Source of the DNA: a virus
Taxonomy: Duplodnaviria > Caudoviricetes
Virus record (IMG/VR): IMGVR_UViG_3300032239_000359
Coordinates: 1 to 30,601 of that record
Strand: one strand, 5' to 3'
DNA: 30,601 bases
Below the pieces are notes generated by a model. It had not been told where the DNA came from. It saw nothing but the letters and a program-made list of their open reading frames with translations, and ran no database searches. This document shows positions 9,573-17,683 of the stretch, in pieces (position 1 is the first letter of the stretch; every line of letters begins with the position of its first letter). The position numbers were made by a program, and so were the translations under genes.

Positions 9573-9744
9573 CGTTCTCTAAAGAATTTTCATATTGTTC
9601 AATGCTGACAAAGTATTTATTGTAAGCCTCAAGGGTTGATGCAGTTGCTCTTGTTAATAGAGTTTCAATTGCATCAAATGATAATTGTTGATCAGTCATT
9701 ACTTCTGTTGAAACTTCACCAATACTAACTGCAATGTTTATCAT
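9562..9744 (-). CDS. Hypothetical protein
   Basis: 60-aa ORF overlapping both neighbours. Confidence 0.65.
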   Translation of the reverse strand: MINIAVSIGEVSTEVMTDQQLSFDAIETLLTRATASTLEAYNKYFVSIEQYENSLENDDE

Positions 9745-9890
9745 TTAGTTAGTTCCAATCTGCTATCAAGTAAATCGTCAATAAATTTATCAACGATGTG
9801 TTTCTTGCTATCTATTGATTGTTGGCGTGTGAGGATGGCGTGGGCTAATGCCTCATCAATTTCCTCGATAGTTTCAATGTCGCTATTCAT
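9741..9890 (-). CDS. Hypothetical acidic protein
   Basis: MNSDIETIEEIDEAL...; start uncertain (track extends to 9983). ATGA overlap with the next gene. Confidence 0.55.
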   Translation of the reverse strand: MNSDIETIEEIDEALAHAILTRQQSIDSKKHIVDKFIDDLLDSRLELTK

Positions 9891-9912
9891 ATCCTTTGTC
9901 CATATACGAAAG

Positions 9913-9941
9913 AAGCCCTTAACCGTGATTGGCAAGGGCTT
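9913..9941. terminator. Intergenic hairpin
   Basis: aagccctt (9913-9920) / aagggctt (9934-9941). Confidence 0.4.
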
Positions 9942-10005
9942 TATGAGATAGCGATATCTGTTACACGAAAGTGTAGCACACACGATTGCAATTGGTTGTC
10001 AAGTT

Positions 10006-10755
10006 TTACCTTGCTTTAATAATGTCCGCCAAGTTGTAGAGATTGCCACGACGTTCAATGTTGGCAACCTTAATAATGTTATAGACCTGACGTGGCTTAA
10101 TATTGAGCCAAAGTGAAATTGCCTCCACATCAAGATAAAACTTCTTTTCAGGATTGTTAATAGCCAAAGTCACAAGTCGGATAATGCTCCACGATTGTTT
10201 GCAACCAAAACAAGTGATTTCTTCACTTAAGCCATATTCGGCTAATCGGTGGGCATCAACAACAACCATTTGCTTACAGTCATCGGTTGGACAGGGGATG
10301 CGCCGTGGTTGCTCAACAAATTGCTTACACGCTGCAATCCCTTTTGCATATAACTGTGCTACTTCATCGGCAAAGTCTTTTGCCCACTCCTGATCTAATA
10401 TCCAATCAAGGTGAGCTAAATGAAACTTGCAACTAGCCTCAACTTCTAACTCTGTCGTTTTCTTTTTCTCCACCAGCGCCGGCGGTGTCAAATGCCGCCC
10501 TTGACGGATAAGAATCTCCCATCCGTGCAATATAGCCAGCAGCTCAGTTGCCATTGAAAAGTCAAGGGCTGAGACATTGATACCAATCGAGCGTTCGGCG
10601 CTGACTGAGCCATTGCCACCTCTACCTGGGGCAAGATATTCGGCTGCACTTACCTGCAAATCAGGCAGTTGGCTCAGATGTAAGACAATCTTAGAACGAC
10701 ACCTATAACACACACCTTCGAGCTTATGTGGCTTATCGCAAATGGAACAGTTCAA
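10006..10755 (-). CDS. Cys-rich Zn-binding protein with possible C-terminal HTH (putative late regulator)
   Basis: CxxC pairs at both ends (CSIC, CYRC, CPTDDC, CFGC). C-terminal helix-turn-helix-like segment. Lies between replication and packaging genes. Confidence 0.55.
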   Translation of the reverse strand: MNCSICDKPHKLEGVCYRCRSKIVLHLSQLPDLQVSAAEYLAPGRGGNGSVSAERSIGINVSALDFSMATELLAILHGWEILIRQGRHLTPPALVEKKKTTELEVEASCKFHLAHLDWILDQEWAKDFADEVAQLYAKGIAACKQFVEQPRRIPCPTDDCKQMVVVDAHRLAEYGLSEEITCFGCKQSWSIIRLVTLAINNPEKKFYLDVEAISLWLNIKPRQVYNIIKVANIERRGNLYNLADIIKAR

Positions 10756-11093
10756 AATGGCACTTCCTCACTTGTAATCAATTGGCTCTTTGCCCGATTC
10801 CAATAGTCAGGCGCCTGCTCACTAAAAATGGTCATTGGGTAACACTCGTGTAAGGCTAGGACAATGGGGTTGGCGGCATTGATGCGGGCGCCCATTCTTG
10901 GGGTTGCTTCAAATGAGATTGAGGTTCGATGGATTTGATAGGTGCGACCACCTGTGAGCATCCTGATAATCTCATCTTTAAGGTTGAGTCGGCCTGTATC
11001 AAGTTTGATGGGAATGCCTGAACTGCTCAATCCATCCCATACAAGATTTCCGCAGCTTCGGCAATCAATGGCTTGAAAGTGGAATGAGGTCAT
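10752..11093 (-). CDS. Hypothetical Zn-binding protein
   Basis: CRSCG...HEC. SD GAGGAG upstream. Confidence 0.7.
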   Translation of the reverse strand: MTSFHFQAIDCRSCGNLVWDGLSSSGIPIKLDTGRLNLKDEIIRMLTGGRTYQIHRTSISFEATPRMGARINAANPIVLALHECYPMTIFSEQAPDYWNRAKSQLITSEEVPF

Positions 11094-11104
11094 TTGATAG
11101 TCTC

Positions 11105-11237
11105 CTCTGTACCGAGAATGTGGGTGTACCTACTTCCGTATATATACATATACGGAACGGTACGCACACCGCACACGCTCATTTCTGCCTGTGTTCCCTT
11201 TTTGAAAAGGTACACAAAAGGTACGGTACGGAACACC
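11105..11237. promoter_or_regulatory. Putative replication origin: GG(T/A)AC pentamers in both orientations around an AT-rich palindrome
   Basis: ttccgtatat/atatacggaa (11134-11157), a second imperfect inverted repeat gtgttcccttttt...aaaaggtacac, and many ggtac/ggaac/gtacc copies directly downstream of the primase-helicase. Confidence 0.5.
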
Positions 11238-13349
11238 TCAGTTAGCCTTCAACTGGGTGATTTCGGCATCTAAAAGGTTGAAATGTGCTTTGCCCATATC
11301 GGTGGCATACAAGATAAATGAACGGTCATTGCCTTTATTCTCAATCCAACCGCCAGTAAGTAAATCGGCAATGCGATCACCAATGGCATCTTTTGACCCG
11401 GTAATGCCTTCTTGAATTAACCGACGGGTGGCACCGGGATGATTGTTGATAAATTCGACAATTTCCTTTGATTTCTTAAACTCTTTATTGGCCTCAATTT
11501 CTTCTTCAATGGCTGGTACGCAAATAACATATTTCATCACATTTGAGGTTGAGTCAATTTCGATAACTGCAGCTTCTTGAGTTCTATCTGATTTGCGCCA
11601 CATACCCGCTTTACGCCGAACTGAACCTGGACGGTCTTTAGTTACTCTTACTGTCAGCGCACCCGCACCGCCAGGGGCAAGGTTACGAAGTGGCTCAATC
11701 AGATAAGCAGCTCCGTCAATGGTCGCTAACTTTGCCTGACCGCCGATGGCAAAGCGCCCGCGAGTCTCAGCGTTCTTGGTGATGTGATCTACAAGGACAA
11801 CGGCAGCACCCGACTTTGCCAACGCTCTAGGAAACTCACGCATCCATTGGGTAATGTCATCATTTTCTTTAGTCTGCTTTTCCCACATTGTCAAGGCTTC
11901 GGTTACACCGTCAATGATGATTAAGGTGGCATTTCCTTCTTCAAGCAAAGATAGCCAAGCAGGGTCATCTAGTAAGTTACGGCGCTCAGGTCGTATATAT
12001 TTGAAATAGGCCATTGCTTCGGGCTTAGTTACGCCAAGAATTTTTAGGCGATTGGCTATATCTAAGGGATCAGATTCAAAATCAATATAGACAACCTTTT
12101 CATAGCTTTTGAGGACTTCAGCGCAAGCAATCTGTGCCAGCCACGATTTACCTGATTCAGATTCACCATAAAATGAATGAACCTTGCCTGGGTATAGTAA
12201 TCCTGCGCCATCTGTTCGCCTTAATAGGGTTGCCTCTTGAAGTGTAAATAAGCCATCAAAATAACCATCAAGGTTGATTGGCTCCCAACTTGTCAGAAAC
12301 TCGCTTAAATCGGCTTCAGTGCCATCTACGGGGTATTCCTGTAATTGTTTTGGCATTAGATTTTTTGATGCTATAAGCGAATTGAGGCTAGATTGCCCGT
12401 AGCCTTGATTTCTCAATGTGTTGGCAGCAATTCTAAAATCACCATTGTGCTTGAGATGAACATAGGCACCGAAGCGGTCATAAGAGCGTTCGGCATCAAA
12501 GGCGGTAGATGTAGAAAATACCCGCAGTTTGTCAGTGCCTCCAAAGTTAGTTGTTGCAGATATGCCAACGGTTTTACCTGGACGGCGCCAAGCGGTTTTT
12601 TCACCTTGAGTATAAACCTTACTCCAACCAAGTGGCTCTAATATCTGCTCCCAAGTTGTGCGGGCGTTGTAATCATCGCCTGGCGTTAATGTGCCATCTC
12701 GTTTAGTAGCCACATCTTGTTGGATTGCCTCAACCTTTGGCATCTCATCAAACATCTCAAATATCGTATGTAGTGCAGCTCGTTGAGCCATAGTAATAAT
12801 TGGGATTGTTTCAATGGAGCCACCGATAAGTTTCCATTCACCTCCGCTTGGGTGGGTGGCACCGGCAGATGGGGCGCAGATAGTAAAGCCACCTTCTGAT
12901 CTAGTCTCTGCCCATACATCTACGCCACCATTTTCACCTGGCTTGCGAGCTAATTTGCTGTTGCCAGGTAATGTGCCATCAGAAACTTTGTAGAGCCAAT
13001 GCAGACCGCCACTAGGAGTAATCTCGACATAGCCTGAGTTGAGTAATTGCCACAAATCCCCAAGACCTGAACTTTGTGCAATCTCTGCAATCTCTAAGTG
13101 CATCTTGGCGGCAACGGCGCGACCTTCAAGTTCTAACATCTCTAAGTTGCCCGAGATGGCACCGCAGATGACACCTACACCGTCAGGCTTATTGCTAAAC
13201 CATTGCAATAACTCATCGGGTGTCGGTTGGCGCTTTTGAAACTCCACCCACGATGACAGACCTGGGCGCTTGCTTCCATCGCCAGCGACAGGCACGGCCA
13301 CGATGCCTTGTGAGGCAAAGCGTAAGGCGGTTGTGAGTGTGTCAGTCAT
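11238..13349 (-). CDS. Bifunctional primase/polymerase fused to a RecA-like (AAA_25/RepA-type) helicase
   Basis: N-terminal prim-pol motifs (GVICG, TPSGGLHW, ETRSEGGF..CAPS). Walker A GESESGKS, Walker B IIIDG, VLVDH. Confidence 0.9.
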   Translation of the reverse strand: MTDTLTTALRFASQGIVAVPVAGDGSKRPGLSSWVEFQKRQPTPDELLQWFSNKPDGVGVICGAISGNLEMLELEGRAVAAKMHLEIAEIAQSSGLGDLWQLLNSGYVEITPSGGLHWLYKVSDGTLPGNSKLARKPGENGGVDVWAETRSEGGFTICAPSAGATHPSGGEWKLIGGSIETIPIITMAQRAALHTIFEMFDEMPKVEAIQQDVATKRDGTLTPGDDYNARTTWEQILEPLGWSKVYTQGEKTAWRRPGKTVGISATTNFGGTDKLRVFSTSTAFDAERSYDRFGAYVHLKHNGDFRIAANTLRNQGYGQSSLNSLIASKNLMPKQLQEYPVDGTEADLSEFLTSWEPINLDGYFDGLFTLQEATLLRRTDGAGLLYPGKVHSFYGESESGKSWLAQIACAEVLKSYEKVVYIDFESDPLDIANRLKILGVTKPEAMAYFKYIRPERRNLLDDPAWLSLLEEGNATLIIIDGVTEALTMWEKQTKENDDITQWMREFPRALAKSGAAVVLVDHITKNAETRGRFAIGGQAKLATIDGAAYLIEPLRNLAPGGAGALTVRVTKDRPGSVRRKAGMWRKSDRTQEAAVIEIDSTSNVMKYVICVPAIEEEIEANKEFKKSKEIVEFINNHPGATRRLIQEGITGSKDAIGDRIADLLTGGWIENKGNDRSFILYATDMGKAHFNLLDAEITQLKAN

Positions 13350-13486
13350 TGGCCTCTCGCAATCTTTGCCGCTTGTATTTGCATACCAATGGCATTATCT
13401 AATGATGCTTCAATTTTGATTGCTTCAATCTTTACTGCTATTTGCTCACGCAATTCTTTTAACTGAATTTCTACTGTTCTTTCCAT
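13346..13486 (-). CDS. Small hypothetical protein (46 aa)
   Basis: Manual translation MERTVEIQLKELREQIA...ARGQ. SD GGGGG. ATGA overlap with the primase. Confidence 0.65.
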   Translation of the reverse strand: MERTVEIQLKELREQIAVKIEAIKIEASLDNAIGMQIQAAKIARGQ

Positions 13487-13497
13487 CTGTTCCCCCT

Positions 13498-13887
13498 TTA
13501 TGGTAATGAAATTCTAAATGCGTGTTTTGTGTGAATCATCGTGACAATCTTTGAAACATTTGTGTTGTTCTCAAAATCAGTAGTCTGAGGCAGGTGCATA
13601 GTAATCCATTCGGGCTTCAAATGAATCAAATCAAAGAAATAGATATTCTCAGGTGTTGAGCAGACATACCAAGGCGATAATCCTAACTCCTGCCCCATCG
13701 TCATCATTGCATCGTATTTGGCTTGCTCTAGTATCAGCTCGTCATAATGTGTGCGCCGGCATTTGAGTTCAAAATAAGCATTAGTGGCAAGTGATACACA
13801 ATCCCACTTAGAATAAGGATGCGGGCTTGGAATTAGATCAGGCATTATTGTTGCCTTGAGATACATAAACAGAGTCTCTTCTGTCAA
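13498..13887 (-). CDS. PD-(D/E)xK-like nuclease-fold protein
   Basis: KWDC...YFELKCR. Likely TTG start at 13887 overlapping the mom stop, SD AAGGA. Confidence 0.6.
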   Translation of the reverse strand: MTEETLFMYLKATIMPDLIPSPHPYSKWDCVSLATNAYFELKCRRTHYDELILEQAKYDAMMTMGQELGLSPWYVCSTPENIYFFDLIHLKPEWITMHLPQTTDFENNTNVSKIVTMIHTKHAFRISLP

Positions 13888-14549
13888 TTGTTTTCCTTTG
13901 GATAAGGCTCTTGTTGCCATATACAAACAATTTTTTTATCAAGCAAATATAAATAACGATGCTTGCGCGATCTAGGTATCCATTTACCTTCAAATCCTTT
14001 AGATTTTCCTCTTGTTAATTTATGACCATCTGCAAATATAAAATCATTTTTTTGAGGAGATAAACCGTGATAAGTAAAATTTGCAGCTTGATAAACCGCA
14101 CCTATGTGACGAGATGAATCTGCATAACTTATGACGGCTTTTATGTTCAATCGTTTTAACTCACGCAAAGAACGTGCTATTAAATATGAACCATAGTTTG
14201 CACCGTTCAAAAATGGATTAAGCACTAATCGGCTCATTTCTAAAAATTCAGGATAATTGCCTCTTGGTAATCCAAAAGCTGAAGTTGCAGAATTAGGAAC
14301 CGACAAAGGCGAATAAACAACTGCACCTTGTAATTCATTTTCAATATAAAGCCCAAAAGAATACTGACCAATAAAACGTTTCGCGCCTAAATAATGAAAA
14401 GATTTTACCAAATCATATGCTTCACGGTATTTAATGCGTTGAACATTTTGGAGCGATGAAGTCGGAATTGAACCGCTATCTGATAGCTGGAACGCCATCT
14501 GTGTTGCCATTACACCATCATCGCATATCTTGTTAATCATAACACTCAC
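13884..14549 (-). CDS. mom: Mom-like (GNAT-fold) DNA adenine modification enzyme
   Basis: HYL, FGLY...GAVVY, LEMSRLVL, SYLIARSL, VISYADS..H.GAVYQAANF.Y.G, KHRYLY. GTG start overlaps the upstream stop (GTGA). Confidence 0.8.
   Translation of the reverse strand: MSVMINKICDDGVMATQMAFQLSDSGSIPTSSLQNVQRIKYREAYDLVKSFHYLGAKRFIGQYSFGLYIENELQGAVVYSPLSVPNSATSAFGLPRGNYPEFLEMSRLVLNPFLNGANYGSYLIARSLRELKRLNIKAVISYADSSRHIGAVYQAANFTYHGLSPQKNDFIFADGHKLTRGKSKGFEGKWIPRSRKHRYLYLLDKKIVCIWQQEPYPKENN
14449..14524 (-). tRNA. Non-canonical tRNA-Gly(UCC)-like element embedded in the mom-like CDS
   Basis: Acceptor stem GCGATGA/TCATCGC + T + CCA. D arm GTGT-AATGGCA-ACAC. Anticodon arm GATGG-CGTTCCAG-CTATC. T arm AGCGG-TTCAATT-CCGACT with a bulge. 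76 nt. Confidence 0.8.
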
Positions 14550-14716
14550 TTACTGCCACCCCAACCCTCACCTTTGAAGATGGAAAGAATGGGAGTGTAG
14601 ATGCGAATCAACGGTTTTTCGCAATCCTCGCAATAAGGCAAATCTCTGCTATCCATTGGCAAGTTCAGCTCGAATGTCTGAGCGCATTGCTCGCATTTGT
14701 AATCATAGTTCGGCAA
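14546..14716 (-). CDS. FmdB-like zinc-ribbon protein (56 aa)
   Basis: Manual translation MPNYDYKCEQC...CEDCEKPLIRIYT...FKGEGWGGSK. TTG start, SD AAGGGGG. Confidence 0.8.
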   Translation of the reverse strand: MPNYDYKCEQCAQTFELNLPMDSRDLPYCEDCEKPLIRIYTPILSIFKGEGWGGSK

Positions 14717-14742
14717 AACTTCCCCCTTAGTAATTATCTAAC

Positions 14743-14801
14743 TTGTGACATTGGTGGAATCGAACCACCGCACCGTCCCCCGTGCGCAAACCTGCAATGT
14801 C
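14743..14801 (-). ncRNA. Partial tRNA-like structure (acceptor-like helix plus perfect T arm)
   Basis: Minus strand GACATT...GGTGG-TTCGATT-CCACC-AATGTC-ACAA. Intergenic. Confidence 0.45.
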
Positions 14802-14841
14802 TCCTCTTTCCCGGTGGAAAGGTTAAGCCCCGGGGAAGTTT

Positions 14842-15288
14842 TTATTTAACTTGACTTGCTCCTAATTGTGCAAGCAAAGCTGCAACTTCGGGAGTAATAC
14901 CCGCAGCCGCCACTGGCGCTGCCGCAGGCGGTACAACTGCACCGATATAGGCATTTGCCTTGGCAACTGCTACCGCATCCCCTGTTGCATCGAGCAGAAT
15001 CCAAGGTGCGGATTTGCCAGGCTTGGCAACGCCTTGGCCTATGCGGGCTAGAACTTTGTGTCCAACTTTGGACTTTAATGAATTCTTGAGTGCAACATTG
15101 AAAAACAACACATTGTTGTGTTCAGTATTATCATCAAGATTAACGATGTTCACTTCGATTGCATCTGCATCGCCGTGGACGGTTGTTATGCCTGTCTTGT
15201 ATTCAACAGGTTCGATAATGAGCAACTTGCCGTTAAGGTCTGCGACTTTAACTGACTCAGTTGCCGTGCTTGGTGCTTCGAATGCCAT
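14842..15288 (-). CDS. Putative ssDNA-binding/recombination-associated protein
   Basis: Beta-rich core with an Ala/Pro tail, located after the Cas4-like exonuclease. Function inferred from context. Confidence 0.45.
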   Translation of the reverse strand: MAFEAPSTATESVKVADLNGKLLIIEPVEYKTGITTVHGDADAIEVNIVNLDDNTEHNNVLFFNVALKNSLKSKVGHKVLARIGQGVAKPGKSAPWILLDATGDAVAVAKANAYIGAVVPPAAAPVAAAGITPEVAALLAQLGASQVK

Positions 15289-15326
15289 TTGGCATCCCCC
15301 ATTTCTTTTTTGGTTTGGGTGTTGCT

Positions 15327-15440
15327 TTAGTTTGTTGGTGTATCCAACTCTGTGGGCGGTGTCATTTCCGCTAGTTCTTTGGCAATATCATTGATTGTTT
15401 TGGCAGGCATACCACAGGCGCAACCATCTCGCTCACACAT
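15327..15440 (-). CDS. Small hypothetical protein (37 aa)
   Basis: MCERDGCACGMPAK...; TGATG coupling to the upstream gene. Confidence 0.45.
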   Translation of the reverse strand: MCERDGCACGMPAKTINDIAKELAEMTPPTELDTPTN

Positions 15441-16177
15441 CATTTTGTATCTCCCGCACAAGCCTTTGATGGATCATCTGAAAATGGTCTAAAGTATGGA
15501 CAGTAATTACACAGGCGTGACGGCGCCGTTGGAATCATCGCCCACATATCAGGGTTTGCCTCAACATCTACTGTTGAAAGCAATGTGTAAATAGAATCAA
15601 GGCGAGAAAGAGCATCGAGTGCAATTTGCTCATCGTATGGATGCAGCTCCACATACATATCGGTAATTTGACCGCCTGTTGGTAGATAGACAAGGCCAAC
15701 GAAATTTACAGTTGCACCTTGTTGTGCTTTGCCATAGGCATAAAGCATTGTCTGAATAATGTTTTGATCTGTGGCACCTTCACGCTTTCGCACCTGTAGG
15801 TTTGATGGTGTAGTGGTTTTCCAATCTAGGACGGCTCCTAGTTCTTTGTCAAAGAGGTCAATGGTGCCTGATAGGTTGGCACGAATCTTTACCTTTTCTT
15901 CAACTTCATAACGCTCAGGCATCTTGCTAAAAATCTTTTCAAGATGTGAGTGAATTGCAGTTCCAACTTGAGATGCCCAGTTACCATTAGAACCTTCATT
16001 TACCTTATCCCACGCCAGCAGCTTGTAAGCCAATTTGCGCGTACATTTTTCGCCAACTTCACTAGGTCCAATATAAACCTGTTGTGAACGTGGCGCATAA
16101 ATGCCAGCATCGGTAATAATCTTGGCTAAATCTTTTCCAAGATTTTCTGCTGGCGTGGTCAAAGGTGTAAATGTCAT
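15440..16177 (-). CDS. Cas4/RecB-family PD-(D/E)xK exonuclease
   Basis: C...GTAIH, GTIDLFD, LDWKT, Q...YA and C-terminal CNYC...C (four Cys, Fe-S type). Confidence 0.85.
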   Translation of the reverse strand: MTFTPLTTPAENLGKDLAKIITDAGIYAPRSQQVYIGPSEVGEKCTRKLAYKLLAWDKVNEGSNGNWASQVGTAIHSHLEKIFSKMPERYEVEEKVKIRANLSGTIDLFDKELGAVLDWKTTTPSNLQVRKREGATDQNIIQTMLYAYGKAQQGATVNFVGLVYLPTGGQITDMYVELHPYDEQIALDALSRLDSIYTLLSTVDVEANPDMWAMIPTAPSRLCNYCPYFRPFSDDPSKACAGDTK

Positions 16178-16180
16178 TGG

Positions 16181-16498
16181 TTAGTCATCCTCATTTACAA
16201 GCGTGAATCTGCGAGAGATAGATGTTACCTCAAGTGCTTCGATTACTTGCGCGGGCAAGATTTCTCTTGCTCGCTTGGTGTCAAATCGTTTAGATTCAAC
16301 GTGTGTCCAACGAACAACAGGGCGATTGAGAAACATTCCAGTTTGGCAATCACCAAGGGCTTGCTCAAGATGCGCTCTAGCAACATCGGCAACCTCCTGC
16401 AATTCTTTTATCTTAGCCAGAGCTGATTTATATTGCTCCAACCAAGCGGCAGTATTGACATCAAAATCAATAACGCCCTTCTCGATTTCTACACTCAT
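16181..16498 (-). CDS. Hypothetical coiled-coil protein of the recombination module
   Basis: Likely start MSVEIEK at 16498 with SD GGGG. C-terminal RFDTK...SRRF. Confidence 0.65.
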   Translation of the reverse strand: MSVEIEKGVIDFDVNTAAWLEQYKSALAKIKELQEVADVARAHLEQALGDCQTGMFLNRPVVRWTHVESKRFDTKRAREILPAQVIEALEVTSISRRFTLVNEDD

Positions 16499-16509
16499 TC
16501 CGTTCCCCC

Positions 16510-16932
16510 TTAGTAATATGAGTGAGTTTTCCAAAACGACCAGGCGGCACACGGTCCACCTGATCCATACTTGCGCCCAATATATGCAAGTGCTGCTACG
16601 GTCTGAGCCACAGTAGATTTACTGCGTTTCATACCGAGATTGCGATAGGTACTATTCAACAATTGCCCAACACCTCGGGCATCACTTGTTGGATTTTTGT
16701 AATCCTTCCAATGACTTTCTCTGACCATAATGGCATCAAAGCATTTGAAGTCTTTAATTGTCAGCAGCTCTTTAGCCACTGCGCGAGCATCTACCTGCAT
16801 TAGCGGCGGGCGCTCTTTGTATATCACCAACTCTGGCACTGCCGGTGTCGGTGATAATACATTAGTAATAATTGCGGTCATAATGAGGATTCCGATGATG
16901 GTGAGGAATCTTCTTTTATCTCTTGGTGTGAT
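16510..16932 (-). CDS. Lytic transglycosylase-like (lysozyme-fold) protein with N-terminal membrane anchor
   Basis: RESHW, NPTSDARGVGQ, YIGRKYG...CAAW. Frame is open upstream of ATG 16881 to an ATC at 16932 preceded by SD AGGAGA. Confidence 0.75.
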   Translation of the reverse strand: MTPRDKRRFLTIIGILIMTAIITNVLSPTPAVPELVIYKERPPLMQVDARAVAKELLTIKDFKCFDAIMVRESHWKDYKNPTSDARGVGQLLNSTYRNLGMKRSKSTVAQTVAALAYIGRKYGSGGPCAAWSFWKTHSYY

Positions 16933-17333
16933 TGGATTTCTCCTTTTCTAGTTGCTCCATACTGAGACAGAATCTTTCGGACATAACCGACAGATGTGTT
17001 CAGCCTCGATGCAATTTCGGTAGCAGTAAATCTCCGTTCATTAAGATCAATGATGTTGTTGGCGATTTCACCAACAGGTATTCGGCGTGGTCTAACAATT
17101 ACCTCTCGCTCACGCGGAGTCTGACCGCCCCAAATGCCATACGGGATTTGCCTGCTTATGGCATATTCCAAACACTCCTTTCTGTGAATACAACTAGCAC
17201 ATAATGCTTTTAGTTGTGGCAGTCTTTCTGCCTCGTCGGTGCGACCATCGGGAAAGAACAAATCCTTATCCTCAATAGTTGCACAGACTGCTTGCGCAAA
17301 ATTAGGTGCATCGCAAAGAACATCTCTAATCAT
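16878..17333 (-). CDS. whiB: WhiB-family Fe-S transcription factor with C-terminal HTH extension
   Basis: C...DLFFP...CASCIHRKEC...YGIWGG, then TATEIASRLNTSVGYVRK. Start at the ATGA overlap, 17333. Confidence 0.9.
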   Translation of the reverse strand: MIRDVLCDAPNFAQAVCATIEDKDLFFPDGRTDEAERLPQLKALCASCIHRKECLEYAISRQIPYGIWGGQTPREREVIVRPRRIPVGEIANNIIDLNERRFTATEIASRLNTSVGYVRKILSQYGATRKGEIQSHQEIKEDSSPSSESSL

Positions 17334-17683
17334 CCTTTGCGCTCCTCTAACCATTGAGTTAAATCTTGTATAACCCAACTTTTTTCTATGCCAGCGTTTC
17401 TGCGCTTAACGATGACATAATGCAAAGGTGGCGTAGATAGACCACGAGCCTTCGCATAATTTTCTGCCTCAACTTCAGCTTCACGCCAAAATTGTGGCAA
17501 AGTTATTGATTTTCTATTCTTGAGTTCAAGGATGTAAGTTTTGCCCGCAATGACGGCAACTAAGTCACCTTCATCATTAGAGCCAGCTTTTACCAAACGT
17601 TCGCATAAAGCACCTGCTGCGCGAAGCCAACGCATAACATCGGTTTCATACAGTGCGCCTTTGCGACCATTTGGATTAGCCAT
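17330..17683 (-). CDS. Holliday junction resolvase (Hjc-like PD-(D/E)xK)
   Basis: KGALYE, DEGDL, ILELKN motifs. Confidence 0.8.
   Translation of the reverse strand: MANPNGRKGALYETDVMRWLRAAGALCERLVKAGSNDEGDLVAVIAGKTYILELKNRKSITLPQFWREAEVEAENYAKARGLSTPPLHYVIVKRRNAGIEKSWVIQDLTQWLEERKG

Noticed and set aside
9965-10003. Minus-strand TTGACA...TACACT sigma-70-like promoter
   Set aside because: The spacing is 21 nt, too long for a canonical promoter. An activator-dependent promoter cannot be excluded.
14449-14524. The tRNA-like element as an attP/integration remnant or an ordinary decoding tRNA
   Set aside because: No integrase is visible and the element is full length rather than a 3' fragment. 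The abnormal anticodon loop and T-stem bulge argue against normal decoding.
4048-17333. A unified iron theme linking Dps, WhiB, the Cas4-like nuclease and Mom
   Set aside because: WhiB and Cas4-like genes are common in actinophages regardless of Dps, and nothing in the sequence links them functionally.
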